A stretch of 52,111 bases of DNA from Thermodesulfovibrionales bacterium (lineage in GTDB: Bacteria > Nitrospirota > Thermodesulfovibrionia > Thermodesulfovibrionales > SM23-35). Positions 32,866-40,506 of this stretch are shown here, in pieces (positions within the stretch are counted from its first letter, which is position 1; every line of letters starts with the position of its first letter). The notes beneath the pieces were generated by a model. It made no database searches and had not been told where the DNA came from. It saw only the letters and a list, made by a program, of their open reading frames with translations. The stretch lies in assembly GCA_022865525.1 (NCBI GenBank), contig JALHSV010000264.1, forward strand, positions 1-52,111. Direction: 5' to 3'. Position numbers and translations under genes: made by a program.

Positions 32866-33688
32866 AATTATAGCCGAAATGAGTGCTTCTCATCAGCAGT
32901 CTTTTCAAAAGGCTCTTGCGATAGTATGGGCGGCGGCCGAAGCAGGTGCCGACGCCCTTAAGGTACAAATGTTCACACCCGACGACATGACAGTCAATAG
33001 CAACGATAAAATGTATAGGATTGGAACTGGTCAGTGGTCGGGTATGACTTTGTACGAACTCTATCAGAAGGCTTGTATGCCCTACGATTGGATTCCCGCT
33101 ATAAAAGACCATGCGGAATCACGTGGAATGGAATTTATCGCTACGGTCTATCATCCGAGGACCGTGCCGATAGCCGTGGAAATGGGTATAAAGTCTCTGA
33201 AGATTTCGTCTTTTGAAATAAATTTTGAAAAATTATTAATTAGTGTTGACAAAACAAATTTACCCGTTATAGTTTCGACAGGTTCGGCTACTGAAAAGGA
33301 AATAAGTTATGTAGTTAATCTTTTGAGAAGGAACTTAACTTTGCTGAAATGCACATCACAATATCCAGCCCCTGCGGAATCGCTTAATATCAGAACTATT
33401 CCCGACATGTGCGAACGGTGGGGAGTTCCCGTAGGTCTTTCAGACCATTCTTTAGGCATGATAGGTGCTATAAGTGCGGTATCTTCAGGTGCATCTGCAA
33501 TCGAGAAGCACATTACGATTGACGGCAAAGGTCTGGACAAAGACTTTGCTATCCTTCCCGACAGGTTCAATATGATGGTACAGCTTGTTCGCGAGACCGA
33601 AAAGGCTTTAGGTGAAGTGGAGTATGGTGGTAAGAAGACTTATCATCGTGAACTCGTAGGTGGACAAATGCAGAGGACGGTAAAATGA
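32858..33688 (+). CDS. neuB: nonulosonic acid synthase (NeuB/PseI/LegI family), short form
   Basis: IIAEMSASHQQSFQKAL..AAEAGADALKVQMF, LKISS, VIVSTG, LLKCTSQYPAP and GLSDHS match the NeuB TIM-barrel domain. 276 aa, with no room for the C-terminal SAF domain. Confidence 0.85.
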   Translation: MVKIIAEMSASHQQSFQKALAIVWAAAEAGADALKVQMFTPDDMTVNSNDKMYRIGTGQWSGMTLYELYQKACMPYDWIPAIKDHAESRGMEFIATVYHPRTVPIAVEMGIKSLKISSFEINFEKLLISVDKTNLPVIVSTGSATEKEISYVVNLLRRNLTLLKCTSQYPAPAESLNIRTIPDMCERWGVPVGLSDHSLGMIGAISAVSSGASAIEKHITIDGKGLDKDFAILPDRFNMMVQLVRETEKALGEVEYGGKKTYHRELVGGQMQRTVK

Positions 33689-33690
33689 AA
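33648..33690 (+). repeat. junction repeat (..GQMQRTVK stop/ATGA), copy 1
   Basis: The core ggacaaatgcagaggacggtaaaatgaaa is identical to 34061-34089 at 27 of 29 positions. A weaker match extends 14 nt upstream. Confidence 0.85.
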
Positions 33691-33885
33691 TGTTTTCAAT
33701 GTAATAATATTATCGAAGGAATCTACAAAAATAATATGCAGATGCCGTTTGCAGAAAAAGAAGGGGATATGTTTAGGATTCTCGTAATATTTCCGGAAAA
33801 TATTCCGTTATGTACGAAATGTAAATGTGAAATTCTTATTAAAGGTTTCGAGAAAACACTCAGTGAAACGCAGAGAATGTCTTAA
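33685..33885 (+). CDS. small zinc-ribbon protein (66 aa)
   Basis: CFQCNN...CTKCKC. ATGA coupling to neuB. Confidence 0.55.
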   Translation: MKCFQCNNIIEGIYKNNMQMPFAEKEGDMFRILVIFPENIPLCTKCKCEILIKGFEKTLSETQRMS

Positions 33886-33922
33886 ACTATTATGTATATC
33901 ACCTATTGTGCCAAGTGTGTTA

Positions 33923-34087
33923 ATGGCTAAAGAAGTAGTGCCTTTTATAGACCCGCAACCATATTTAATTGATGAGTGGCATTGGCATGGGATAGGTTAT
34001 ATGGTGCCAGAAGATTATACCAAGGGTGGTTTTAGTTGGGTTCAATGTGAACTTGTGAACGGTCAAATGCAGAGAACGGTAAAATGA
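33923..34087 (+). CDS. small protein ending ELVNGQMQRTVK (copy of the NeuB C-terminus)
   Basis: Track ORF 33827-34087. First non-overlapping ATG is at 33923 and the start is uncertain. Confidence 0.45.
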   Translation: MAKEVVPFIDPQPYLIDEWHWHGIGYMVPEDYTKGGFSWVQCELVNGQMQRTVK

Positions 34088-34089
34088 AA
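34047..34089 (+). repeat. junction repeat, copy 2
   Basis: See 33648-33690. Confidence 0.85.
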
Positions 34090-34353
34090 CGAAAGACCGG
34101 AAAATTATATAAATACGTATTTCTATCCGTATTATTTACTTCTGTTTTTGTTTTATCCTGGTATATTATCCTGGTAAGATATTCGACTTGTAACCCGCTA
34201 TTGTTGATGGTAGCTATTCTCTGTGTTCTCATTTTACCCTTATTTATTATAGCGTGTTTATGTTCGTTATATGATTATTTAATATATTTCATTAAGAATT
34301 CCAGCCGTAAGTGTCAAATAGACCGAATAGAAAGTATATTAAAAGGACGGTAA
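34084..34353 (+). CDS. small membrane protein (2 TM)
   Basis: 89 aa with hydrophobic segments VFLSVLFTSVFVLSWYIILV and LLLMVAILCVLILPLFIIACL. Confidence 0.55.
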   Translation: MKRKTGKLYKYVFLSVLFTSVFVLSWYIILVRYSTCNPLLLMVAILCVLILPLFIIACLCSLYDYLIYFIKNSSRKCQIDRIESILKGR

Positions 34354-34359
34354 AATGAA
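34344..34359 (+). repeat. junction repeat, partial copy 3 (aggacggtaaaatgaa)
   Basis: 16-nt identity with the end of copy 1. Confidence 0.7.
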
Positions 34360-34456
34360 TGGATGGATAATGTTAGGAATAGGTTTTGTTTGTGGATTAT
34401 CTACTCGATATGTATGTCGTTTTTATTGGATGCTATTTACCCATAATGTTGAATAA
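34355..34456 (+). CDS. possible 33-aa membrane peptide
   Basis: MNGWIMLGIGFVCGLSTRYVCRFYWMLFTHNVE. Short, so uncertain. Confidence 0.3.
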   Translation: MNGWIMLGIGFVCGLSTRYVCRFYWMLFTHNVE

Positions 34457-35288
34457 CAAGACAATACTTATCTCAGGCGGAAGTGGTTCTTTGGGCCACG
34501 CTCTTGTCGAGAGGATATGCACAGAGTATTCGCCTAAAAAACTATTCATCTTCTCTCGTGACGAATACAAGCAATCTCTTATGCAGAAGCAATACGACTA
34601 CGACTGCCTGAGATATTTTATAGGTGACGTAAGGGACGTAAGAAGGCTCAAGCAGGTATGCCGGGGCGTTGACATAGTAATACACGCCGCAGCACTTAAA
34701 AGGGTAGATACGCTCGAATACAATCCCACAGAGGCCATCAGGACCAACGTGGACGGCACTATGAATGTAATTGAGACTTGTATCGAATGTGACGTAAAGA
34801 GTGCTGTTTTCATATCGACGGACAAGGCTTACGCCCCCGTGAATCTCTATGGCGCTACTAAGTTGGCAGCCGAGAAGATATGGCTGGCGGCAAACTCGTT
34901 CAATAAGACCGTCTTTACATTGGTAAGGTACGGTAACGTCATAAACTCAAGAGGTTCGGTAATCGAGTTATTCCTGAAGTTGAAAGAAAAGGGTATAAAG
35001 GAATTTCCGATAACCGATAAGAATATGAGTCGCTTCTGGATAACTCTGGACGAAGCGGTTGACCTTATAATAGTAGCTCTGGAACATCGAGGCGATTCGG
35101 ATATATATATCCCGAAAGTGCCTTCGATGTTGATAACCGAAGTGGCAAGGGCGATAGACCCCGACTGTACGTTTAATGAAATAGGAATACGTCCGGGCGA
35201 GAAGTTACACGAAACCTTATGTGACGGTTACTCCTCGAATACCAACGAGGACTGGATGACGCCGGAAGAGTTACTGGAGAAATTATGA
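34446..35288 (+). CDS. pseB: UDP-GlcNAc 4,6-dehydratase (PseB/FlaA1/CapD family)
   Basis: KTILISGGSGSLGHAL, FIGDVRD, IHAAALKRV..EYNPTEAIRTNVDGTMNV and ISTDKAYAPVNLYGATKLAAEK. ATG 34446 chosen (the track starts at TTG 34386). Confidence 0.85.
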   Translation: MLNNKTILISGGSGSLGHALVERICTEYSPKKLFIFSRDEYKQSLMQKQYDYDCLRYFIGDVRDVRRLKQVCRGVDIVIHAAALKRVDTLEYNPTEAIRTNVDGTMNVIETCIECDVKSAVFISTDKAYAPVNLYGATKLAAEKIWLAANSFNKTVFTLVRYGNVINSRGSVIELFLKLKEKGIKEFPITDKNMSRFWITLDEAVDLIIVALEHRGDSDIYIPKVPSMLITEVARAIDPDCTFNEIGIRPGEKLHETLCDGYSSNTNEDWMTPEELLEKL

Positions 35289-35494
35289 AAGTTACAATAC
35301 CAACAACAATTATTGAACTTACAGATGACGAAAGGCTCATACTCGAAAAAGCGTTATGTATTGCCGAAGAGTTAGGAAACGATGCAGTGCGGAAAGAATG
35401 CGTGAGTAGCCTTATGATTCGTGCAGGTTTTGATAATGCAAGAGAAGTTGGTAAAATGAGAGATTTAGTTTCTGAATTGAGGGAGAAATTATGA
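35285..35494 (+). CDS. hypothetical protein (69 aa)
   Basis: ATGA coupling at both ends. Confidence 0.55.
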   Translation: MKVTIPTTIIELTDDERLILEKALCIAEELGNDAVRKECVSSLMIRAGFDNAREVGKMRDLVSELREKL

Positions 35495-35634
35495 AACGCG
35501 TACTTGCTCTTATTATTACAAGCCCGGTATGGCTTACGGCGGTAGTTCTGATGAGTTTTGTTTGTATTCCCGTGTGGATTGCTCTTGGTATTGTCCGATT
35601 AATAATGTATGGTTTCAATGGAGAGTGGGAATAA
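35491..35634 (+). CDS. small membrane protein (47 aa; not in the ORF track)
   Basis: MKRVLALIITSPVWLTAVVLMSFVCIPVWIALGIVRLIMYGFNGEWE. Confidence 0.45.
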   Translation: MKRVLALIITSPVWLTAVVLMSFVCIPVWIALGIVRLIMYGFNGEWE

Positions 35635-35639
35635 TTTCG

Positions 35640-36266
35640 ATGATATTTGACAGACTCGCAATAGGCACGGCTAACTGGGGCAGGGAATACAACGGGGCGA
35701 AAGTCTCCGAAGATGACCAGAAGCGTATTCTCGACTACTGTCAATGCTCAGGTATAGACATGATAGATACGGCCACGGCTTATGGTTGGGACTGGACTAA
35801 AGTTAGTTCTTACTTCAATATTATAGTGAAGGTTAAGAGTAATGATAAAGTTGATAATGTAATAAAGATGGCACATAGCCTTGAAGATTACAAAGCCATA
35901 GACCCGGTTTGTAATGGTTGTTCTATATATTCGCCTGAAGAACGCATGTATGTTTACGGTGGTTCTGTGATACAAATACCTTATTCTATATATGACAGAC
36001 GATTTGAACCTTATTTGGAATCAATGCGATATGAATGTAATAATACTATCCACGTCCGTTCTATCTTCTTACGGGGCAAAATCTTAAAGGAATTTTCACC
36101 TCAGCAGTGTATATCCTTTTGCCTGATGAATCCTAATATAGACCGGGTAATTATAGGTGCGGACTCTTACAAACAGTTCAAAGAGAACCTGCGGCCTTTC
36201 CACGATATGAACGTAGCCGAGAAGCACGATATAAACTTATTAGATTGCCGAAAATGGGAGACATAA
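35640..36266 (+). CDS. aldo/keto reductase-like protein (short)
   Basis: LAIGTANWGREY......ILDYCQCSGIDMIDTATAYG is the AKR N-terminal signature. 208 aa from ATG 35640. Confidence 0.55.
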   Translation: MIFDRLAIGTANWGREYNGAKVSEDDQKRILDYCQCSGIDMIDTATAYGWDWTKVSSYFNIIVKVKSNDKVDNVIKMAHSLEDYKAIDPVCNGCSIYSPEERMYVYGGSVIQIPYSIYDRRFEPYLESMRYECNNTIHVRSIFLRGKILKEFSPQQCISFCLMNPNIDRVIIGADSYKQFKENLRPFHDMNVAEKHDINLLDCRKWET

Positions 36267-37531
36267 TGAATTGGCTTAAAACATGCGAGTTAATACCTGA
36301 CGGCGTTCAGACGTTATCCAAGATGCCGGAGAAACACATCAACGGCGTATATCCTAAGTACATCACACACGGAAAGGGTGCTTATGTTTACGGTGACGAT
36401 GGCAAACGGTACATAGATTACCCCTGTGGGCTGGGTGCCATCCTTTTAGGTTACGCAAACGACAGGGTTAATCAGGCCGTTAAGGAACAACTTAACAGGG
36501 GTTCTATTTTTTCACTGCCTAACTATCTGGAAACAGAACTCGCCGAGCGGATAGTTGACCTTATCCCAAGCGCTGAGAGAGTGCGCTTCTTAAAAACTGG
36601 CTCTGAGGCAACGTCCGCTGCGGTAAAGATTGCCCGTGCCTATACCGGTAAGGAAGGAATAATCTGTATAGGTTATCACGGCTGGCACGACTGGTACTGT
36701 TCTACGACCTCTAAGAAGGCCGGAGTACCCGAACAGCCGGTAGTCCAGTGTAAATATAACAGTATCACCGAGATAATCGACGCCTTTGAATTTAATGAGC
36801 AGGAGGACATGACCGGTATTGCGGCGGTAATAATGGAGCCGTACATCCTTGACGAACCCAACTTCGGGTACCTGACGAAGATACGTAAACTTTGTGATAG
36901 GTACAATGCAGTTTTGATATTCGATGAAGTAGTTACGGGATTCAGGACTACCGGTTACTCTGCACAGAAGATGTTCGGGATAATGCCGGATTTGACCTGT
37001 CTGGGTAAGGCGATGGCTAATGGCCTTCCGATTTCAGTAGTATGCGGTAAAAAGGAACTGATGGACGTTCTAAGGGGCGACTGTTTCGTTTCATCTACTT
37101 TCGGCGGCGAACTGCTCTCGATAACAGCGGCACTGGAAGTCTTGAAGATTCTCGATGAAGAGAATATTATCAGCAGGATTTGGGACAACGGCAACCTGTT
37201 CAAGGAAGGGTTCAGGCAGATAGTGGATTCCTGCAAGATGAATGACCATATAGGAATAAGGGGTTATCCGCCGAGGACATTCTTCACGTTCTCATCCGAA
37301 GTACACAAGAGCCTGTTCTGGCAGGAATGCCTTAGTAAGGGCGTCCTGTTCGGTTATGCCCAGTTTATCAGTGCCTCGCACGGCAGGGACGAAATAGACC
37401 AGACCCTGCTTGCGATGAAGCATGGTGTCCAGATGGTATCGAAGTATTTCGATAATCCGCTGGCGGCATTGAGGGGCGAGGTTGCACAGGAAACATTCAG
37501 AACACCGGGATTAGAGAAGGGCAAAAAATGA
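36266..37531 (+). CDS. class-III PLP aminotransferase (glutamate-1-semialdehyde aminomutase-like)
   Basis: GKGAYVYGDDGKRYIDY, FLKTGSEATSAAVKIARAYTG, IMEP, IFDEVVTGFR and LGKAMANGLP (PLP Lys). Start is at 36266 or 36254. Confidence 0.85.
   Translation: MNWLKTCELIPDGVQTLSKMPEKHINGVYPKYITHGKGAYVYGDDGKRYIDYPCGLGAILLGYANDRVNQAVKEQLNRGSIFSLPNYLETELAERIVDLIPSAERVRFLKTGSEATSAAVKIARAYTGKEGIICIGYHGWHDWYCSTTSKKAGVPEQPVVQCKYNSITEIIDAFEFNEQEDMTGIAAVIMEPYILDEPNFGYLTKIRKLCDRYNAVLIFDEVVTGFRTTGYSAQKMFGIMPDLTCLGKAMANGLPISVVCGKKELMDVLRGDCFVSSTFGGELLSITAALEVLKILDEENIISRIWDNGNLFKEGFRQIVDSCKMNDHIGIRGYPPRTFFTFSSEVHKSLFWQECLSKGVLFGYAQFISASHGRDEIDQTLLAMKHGVQMVSKYFDNPLAALRGEVAQETFRTPGLEKGKK
37513..37531 (+). repeat. 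junction repeat agagaagggcaaaaaatga (..EKGKK stop/ATGA), copy 1
   Basis: The same 19-mer occurs at 37683-37701 and 37868-37886. Confidence 0.9.
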
Positions 37532-37701
37532 GCATAAAAGGAGAAAAAAAGAGCGAAGATAAATGTGGTGTTTGCGGTAAAGTTATAGATTGGGATTTAT
37601 GTGACCCAATAATTAGGTGTGGCGAGGGAGATGTAATATTATCTTGTGGCCACATGGGATTGGAAAGCGGAAATGCGGATGAAGAGAAGGGCAAAAAATG
37701 A
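37528..37701 (+). CDS. small zinc-ribbon protein (57 aa; not in the ORF track)
   Basis: MSIKGEKKSEDKCGVCGK...RCGEGDVILSCGH...DEEKGKK. Bracketed by junction repeats. Confidence 0.5.
   Translation: MSIKGEKKSEDKCGVCGKVIDWDLCDPIIRCGEGDVILSCGHMGLESGNADEEKGKK
37683..37701 (+). repeat. junction repeat, copy 2
   Basis: See 37513-37531. Confidence 0.9.
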
Positions 37702-37886
37702 AGCTATTAAAAAAGTCAATCGATAAATATAAATGTAAATGGATTGAGCCTTGGGAAGGCGCACCTTGGGAGTACCAAGAATGTCGTTGTCCCGAGATAT
37801 TTGATGTGTCTTGTGTTCATCAAGCAAACGCAGGCCCAGACATTGGTAAGGATTATACCTGTTTCGAAGAGAAGGGCAAAAAATGA
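37698..37886 (+). CDS. small Cys-rich protein (62 aa) ending EEKGKK
   Basis: Bracketed by junction repeats. Confidence 0.55.
   Translation: MKLLKKSIDKYKCKWIEPWEGAPWEYQECRCPEIFDVSCVHQANAGPDIGKDYTCFEEKGKK
37868..37886 (+). repeat. junction repeat, copy 3
   Basis: See 37513-37531. Confidence 0.9.
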
Positions 37887-38440
37887 AACTTGAAGCACTA
37901 ACTTTAGACCAATGCGAGCAAGTCCGTATCTGGCGTAACGCCGAGATGGAATGCTGGCGAACGCCGTTCATGCTGACTAAACAGATGCAGGATGAGTTCT
38001 ATGAAGGGTGTTGCAACAGGGAATCGCCGCATAGATACTTTGCATTAGTAAGGACGACAGACGACCCAATTCAAGGCGTAGTGCCTGAATCAGGATTTAT
38101 CGGCATGGGTGGCATCACCTATATCCAGTGGGAGAACCGTATAGGCGAGATAACGCTTATCATCAATCCTGTCGAACGCGGGGACGGCTTAGGTGAGAAG
38201 GCGGTTGACCTACTCTTAGACCATGCTTTTAATCACTTGAATTTACAGACGGTATTCGGAGAATGTTATCATTGCAACGATGCTTGGGAGTTTTGGGGAG
38301 ATATAACAGATAAATATGATAGCCCTAATACAATACAAACGCTGTTGCCGAAACGAAAATATTGGAACGGAGACTACTGGGATAGTACGTATTTCTCAAT
38401 AGACAAAGATGACTTCAACAAAATCCATAATAGTAAGTAA
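37883..38440 (+). CDS. GNAT N-acetyltransferase (PseH-like)
   Basis: LTLDQCEQVRIWRNAE at the N-terminus and ...RGDGLGEKAVDLLLDHAF.HLNLQTV in the acetyl-CoA-binding region. Confidence 0.7.
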   Translation: MKLEALTLDQCEQVRIWRNAEMECWRTPFMLTKQMQDEFYEGCCNRESPHRYFALVRTTDDPIQGVVPESGFIGMGGITYIQWENRIGEITLIINPVERGDGLGEKAVDLLLDHAFNHLNLQTVFGECYHCNDAWEFWGDITDKYDSPNTIQTLLPKRKYWNGDYWDSTYFSIDKDDFNKIHNSK

Positions 38441-38957
38441 CCGATTGGTTAATCCCGACGACGAAGCCGATATAACCGGTAAGCTCGACTTTACCGCCGA
38501 AAGGCTGAAGGTCTATGGCAGGCTGGACTATATCTTCGTACCGTTCTGGAGTTGGTACATACCGGCTGATATTTACAAGAAGTGGAACGTAGTAATATTC
38601 CACATGACCGCACTTCCGTTCGGCAGGGGCGGCAGTCCGTTACAGAACTTAATCGTAAGGGGCTTTACGAAGACGAAGATAAGCGCCTTGAAATGCACGA
38701 AAGGCATAGACGCCGGGCCGTTATACTGTCAATCACCGCTCAGTCTCGAAGGTACTGCGGACAACATATATGACCGGGCCGACGATATTATAAGAAAAGC
38801 AATGATACCATTTATCAAGGTGCAGCAGCCCGAACCGAGTCCTCAGAGGGGCAAGGTCGTTTACTTCGATAAGTGGGTATGTACGAAGAAAGACATATTA
38901 AGGTGTATTAACTCAGATTATGAATGGAAAGATACTGACAATATCCGCACATCCTGA
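38409..38957 (+). CDS. formyltransferase-family protein
   Basis: FHMTALPFGRGGSPLQNLIVRG...KCTKGIDAGPL matches the H.SLLP..RG...D.G core of Formyl_trans_N. Confidence 0.6.
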   Translation: MTSTKSIIVSNRLVNPDDEADITGKLDFTAERLKVYGRLDYIFVPFWSWYIPADIYKKWNVVIFHMTALPFGRGGSPLQNLIVRGFTKTKISALKCTKGIDAGPLYCQSPLSLEGTADNIYDRADDIIRKAMIPFIKVQQPEPSPQRGKVVYFDKWVCTKKDILRCINSDYEWKDTDNIRTS

Positions 38958-39492
38958 CGATTGGGAATTGGGCTGTGCAGGAACGATAGAGCGACTGAAG
39001 CGTGAAGGGTGTGAATGTAATCATGCCGTATTAGGCTTAGGGCGTGGCGATGAAACTGATAATAAGTTCGATTCCTTACCTTTGTTGCATTGGGTAGGGC
39101 AGGTTGAACTGCATATAGCAATTCACAGGCCCGACATCATCCTCACTCACTACGCACACGACCTGAACATAGACCATAGGATAACTTATCAGGCCGTTAT
39201 TACGGCGGCACGACCGCTTCCCGACTATTGCGTCAGGGAGATATACTCATTCGAGGTCTTGAGTAGTACCGAGTGGTCGGACATACCGTTTAGGCCGGAT
39301 ATGTTCGTAGCCTTGACTTTGGATGATATGGAAACAAAAGAAAAGATATTGAGAGACGGATATGATAGCGAGATGAGAGACATGCCTCATGCCCGAAGTT
39401 ATCAGGCAGTTGAGTCTCTTGCAATGGTCAGAGGTATGACGGTAGGCGAGAAATACGCCGAAGCGTTTAAGACCGTGAGAAGGATAATATGA
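38920..39492 (+). CDS. PIG-L/LmbE family de-N-acetylase
   Basis: ILTISAHPDDWELGCAGTI and a downstream HxDH (NIDHR). Confidence 0.8.
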   Translation: MNGKILTISAHPDDWELGCAGTIERLKREGCECNHAVLGLGRGDETDNKFDSLPLLHWVGQVELHIAIHRPDIILTHYAHDLNIDHRITYQAVITAARPLPDYCVREIYSFEVLSSTEWSDIPFRPDMFVALTLDDMETKEKILRDGYDSEMRDMPHARSYQAVESLAMVRGMTVGEKYAEAFKTVRRII

Positions 39493-39737
39493 AAGAAGAC
39501 GAAAAACAGTTTCTTCGGATGATTTATGAAAAATGTGTACCTTTTGGTAATAAAAATTATTCTGTTAGAGATGTTATAAATAACCCTAAATGCCCCATAG
39601 TAAGTTACAAGAGAGCTTGGTATGTATTGGGTAAATGGTCAAGTGCTAAAATGGGGTTATATGATTATGGCGTTACTATTGATTTAGGTTGGTTGACTGA
39701 AAAAGGGATAGATTTTGCTAAAAATAATGAAACTTGA
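39489..39737 (+). CDS. hypothetical protein (82 aa)
   Basis: ATGA coupling. Confidence 0.55.
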   Translation: MKEDEKQFLRMIYEKCVPFGNKNYSVRDVINNPKCPIVSYKRAWYVLGKWSSAKMGLYDYGVTIDLGWLTEKGIDFAKNNET

Positions 39738-40506
39738 AGAACTAACAGCCTTATACAGTCCACTGGACATCGAATACGCCCAGGTAATGAGTGGGCCTTA
39801 CGAAGACCTGTCATTCCACGACGGCGATACCAAAGTCGTAGCGGGACTGAAAGACGGCAGGATAAGTGGTTTCTGGCGTCCTGTAGTGGCTGTGGGCGAC
39901 GATAAGGACTTGAAACTACATATTGAGCGTTTGTACGATATATGCCCTAATATCTATTATATGGACTTCCTGATAGACGGCAGGTTATCGGTGATAAGCC
40001 AGTTCTTATTGGAACGGGGCCATAAGGCACGGCCTTATTTCACGCAGATAATAGATTTGACAAAGACCGAAGAAGAATTGCACGCTGATTTGAGGAAGTC
40101 ATATAAGAGTTTAGTGAATAAAGGATTTGGCGGCATTGATACTGCATTAGGTGTTCTTAGAAAATTACACAAGGACACAAGAAGTAATGAAACTTGGCAT
40201 ATACAGTCGAAGATAATCGGAATGCAACAGGCGTTTATCTCAGATGACGAAGGAAAGTCGGCATGTCTTATATATCACAATAGATATACTGCATATTATT
40301 TTAGCGGTGTCTCTGAGGATGGCGTTAATTCTCATCCCTGTTTATGGATGGCCATATTGCAAGCAAAAGCATTAGGCTGTAAGACTTTTGAAATGGGCGA
40401 GCAGGTCTTTGACGGCGACCCCAAGTTAGTAAATATATCCAAATTCAAACGTGGATTTGGAGGAAAAACCGTAACTCGAATAATATTAGAGAAGGATACT
40501 AAATGA
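39727..40506 (+). CDS. FemAB/BioF2-like acyl(aminoacyl)transferase-fold protein
   Basis: IDLTKTEEELHADLRKSYKSLVNKG and the C-terminal ISKFKRGFGG are typical of the FemAB / Acetyltransf_6 family. By eye only. Confidence 0.5.
   Translation: MKLEELTALYSPLDIEYAQVMSGPYEDLSFHDGDTKVVAGLKDGRISGFWRPVVAVGDDKDLKLHIERLYDICPNIYYMDFLIDGRLSVISQFLLERGHKARPYFTQIIDLTKTEEELHADLRKSYKSLVNKGFGGIDTALGVLRKLHKDTRSNETWHIQSKIIGMQQAFISDDEGKSACLIYHNRYTAYYFSGVSEDGVNSHPCLWMAILQAKALGCKTFEMGEQVFDGDPKLVNISKFKRGFGGKTVTRIILEKDTK

Noticed and set aside
40041-40052. Third copy of the AGATTTGACA promoter context inside the FemAB-like gene
   Set aside because: It is intragenic and no acceptable -10 hexamer lies 16-18 nt downstream. 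It is probably a chance match.
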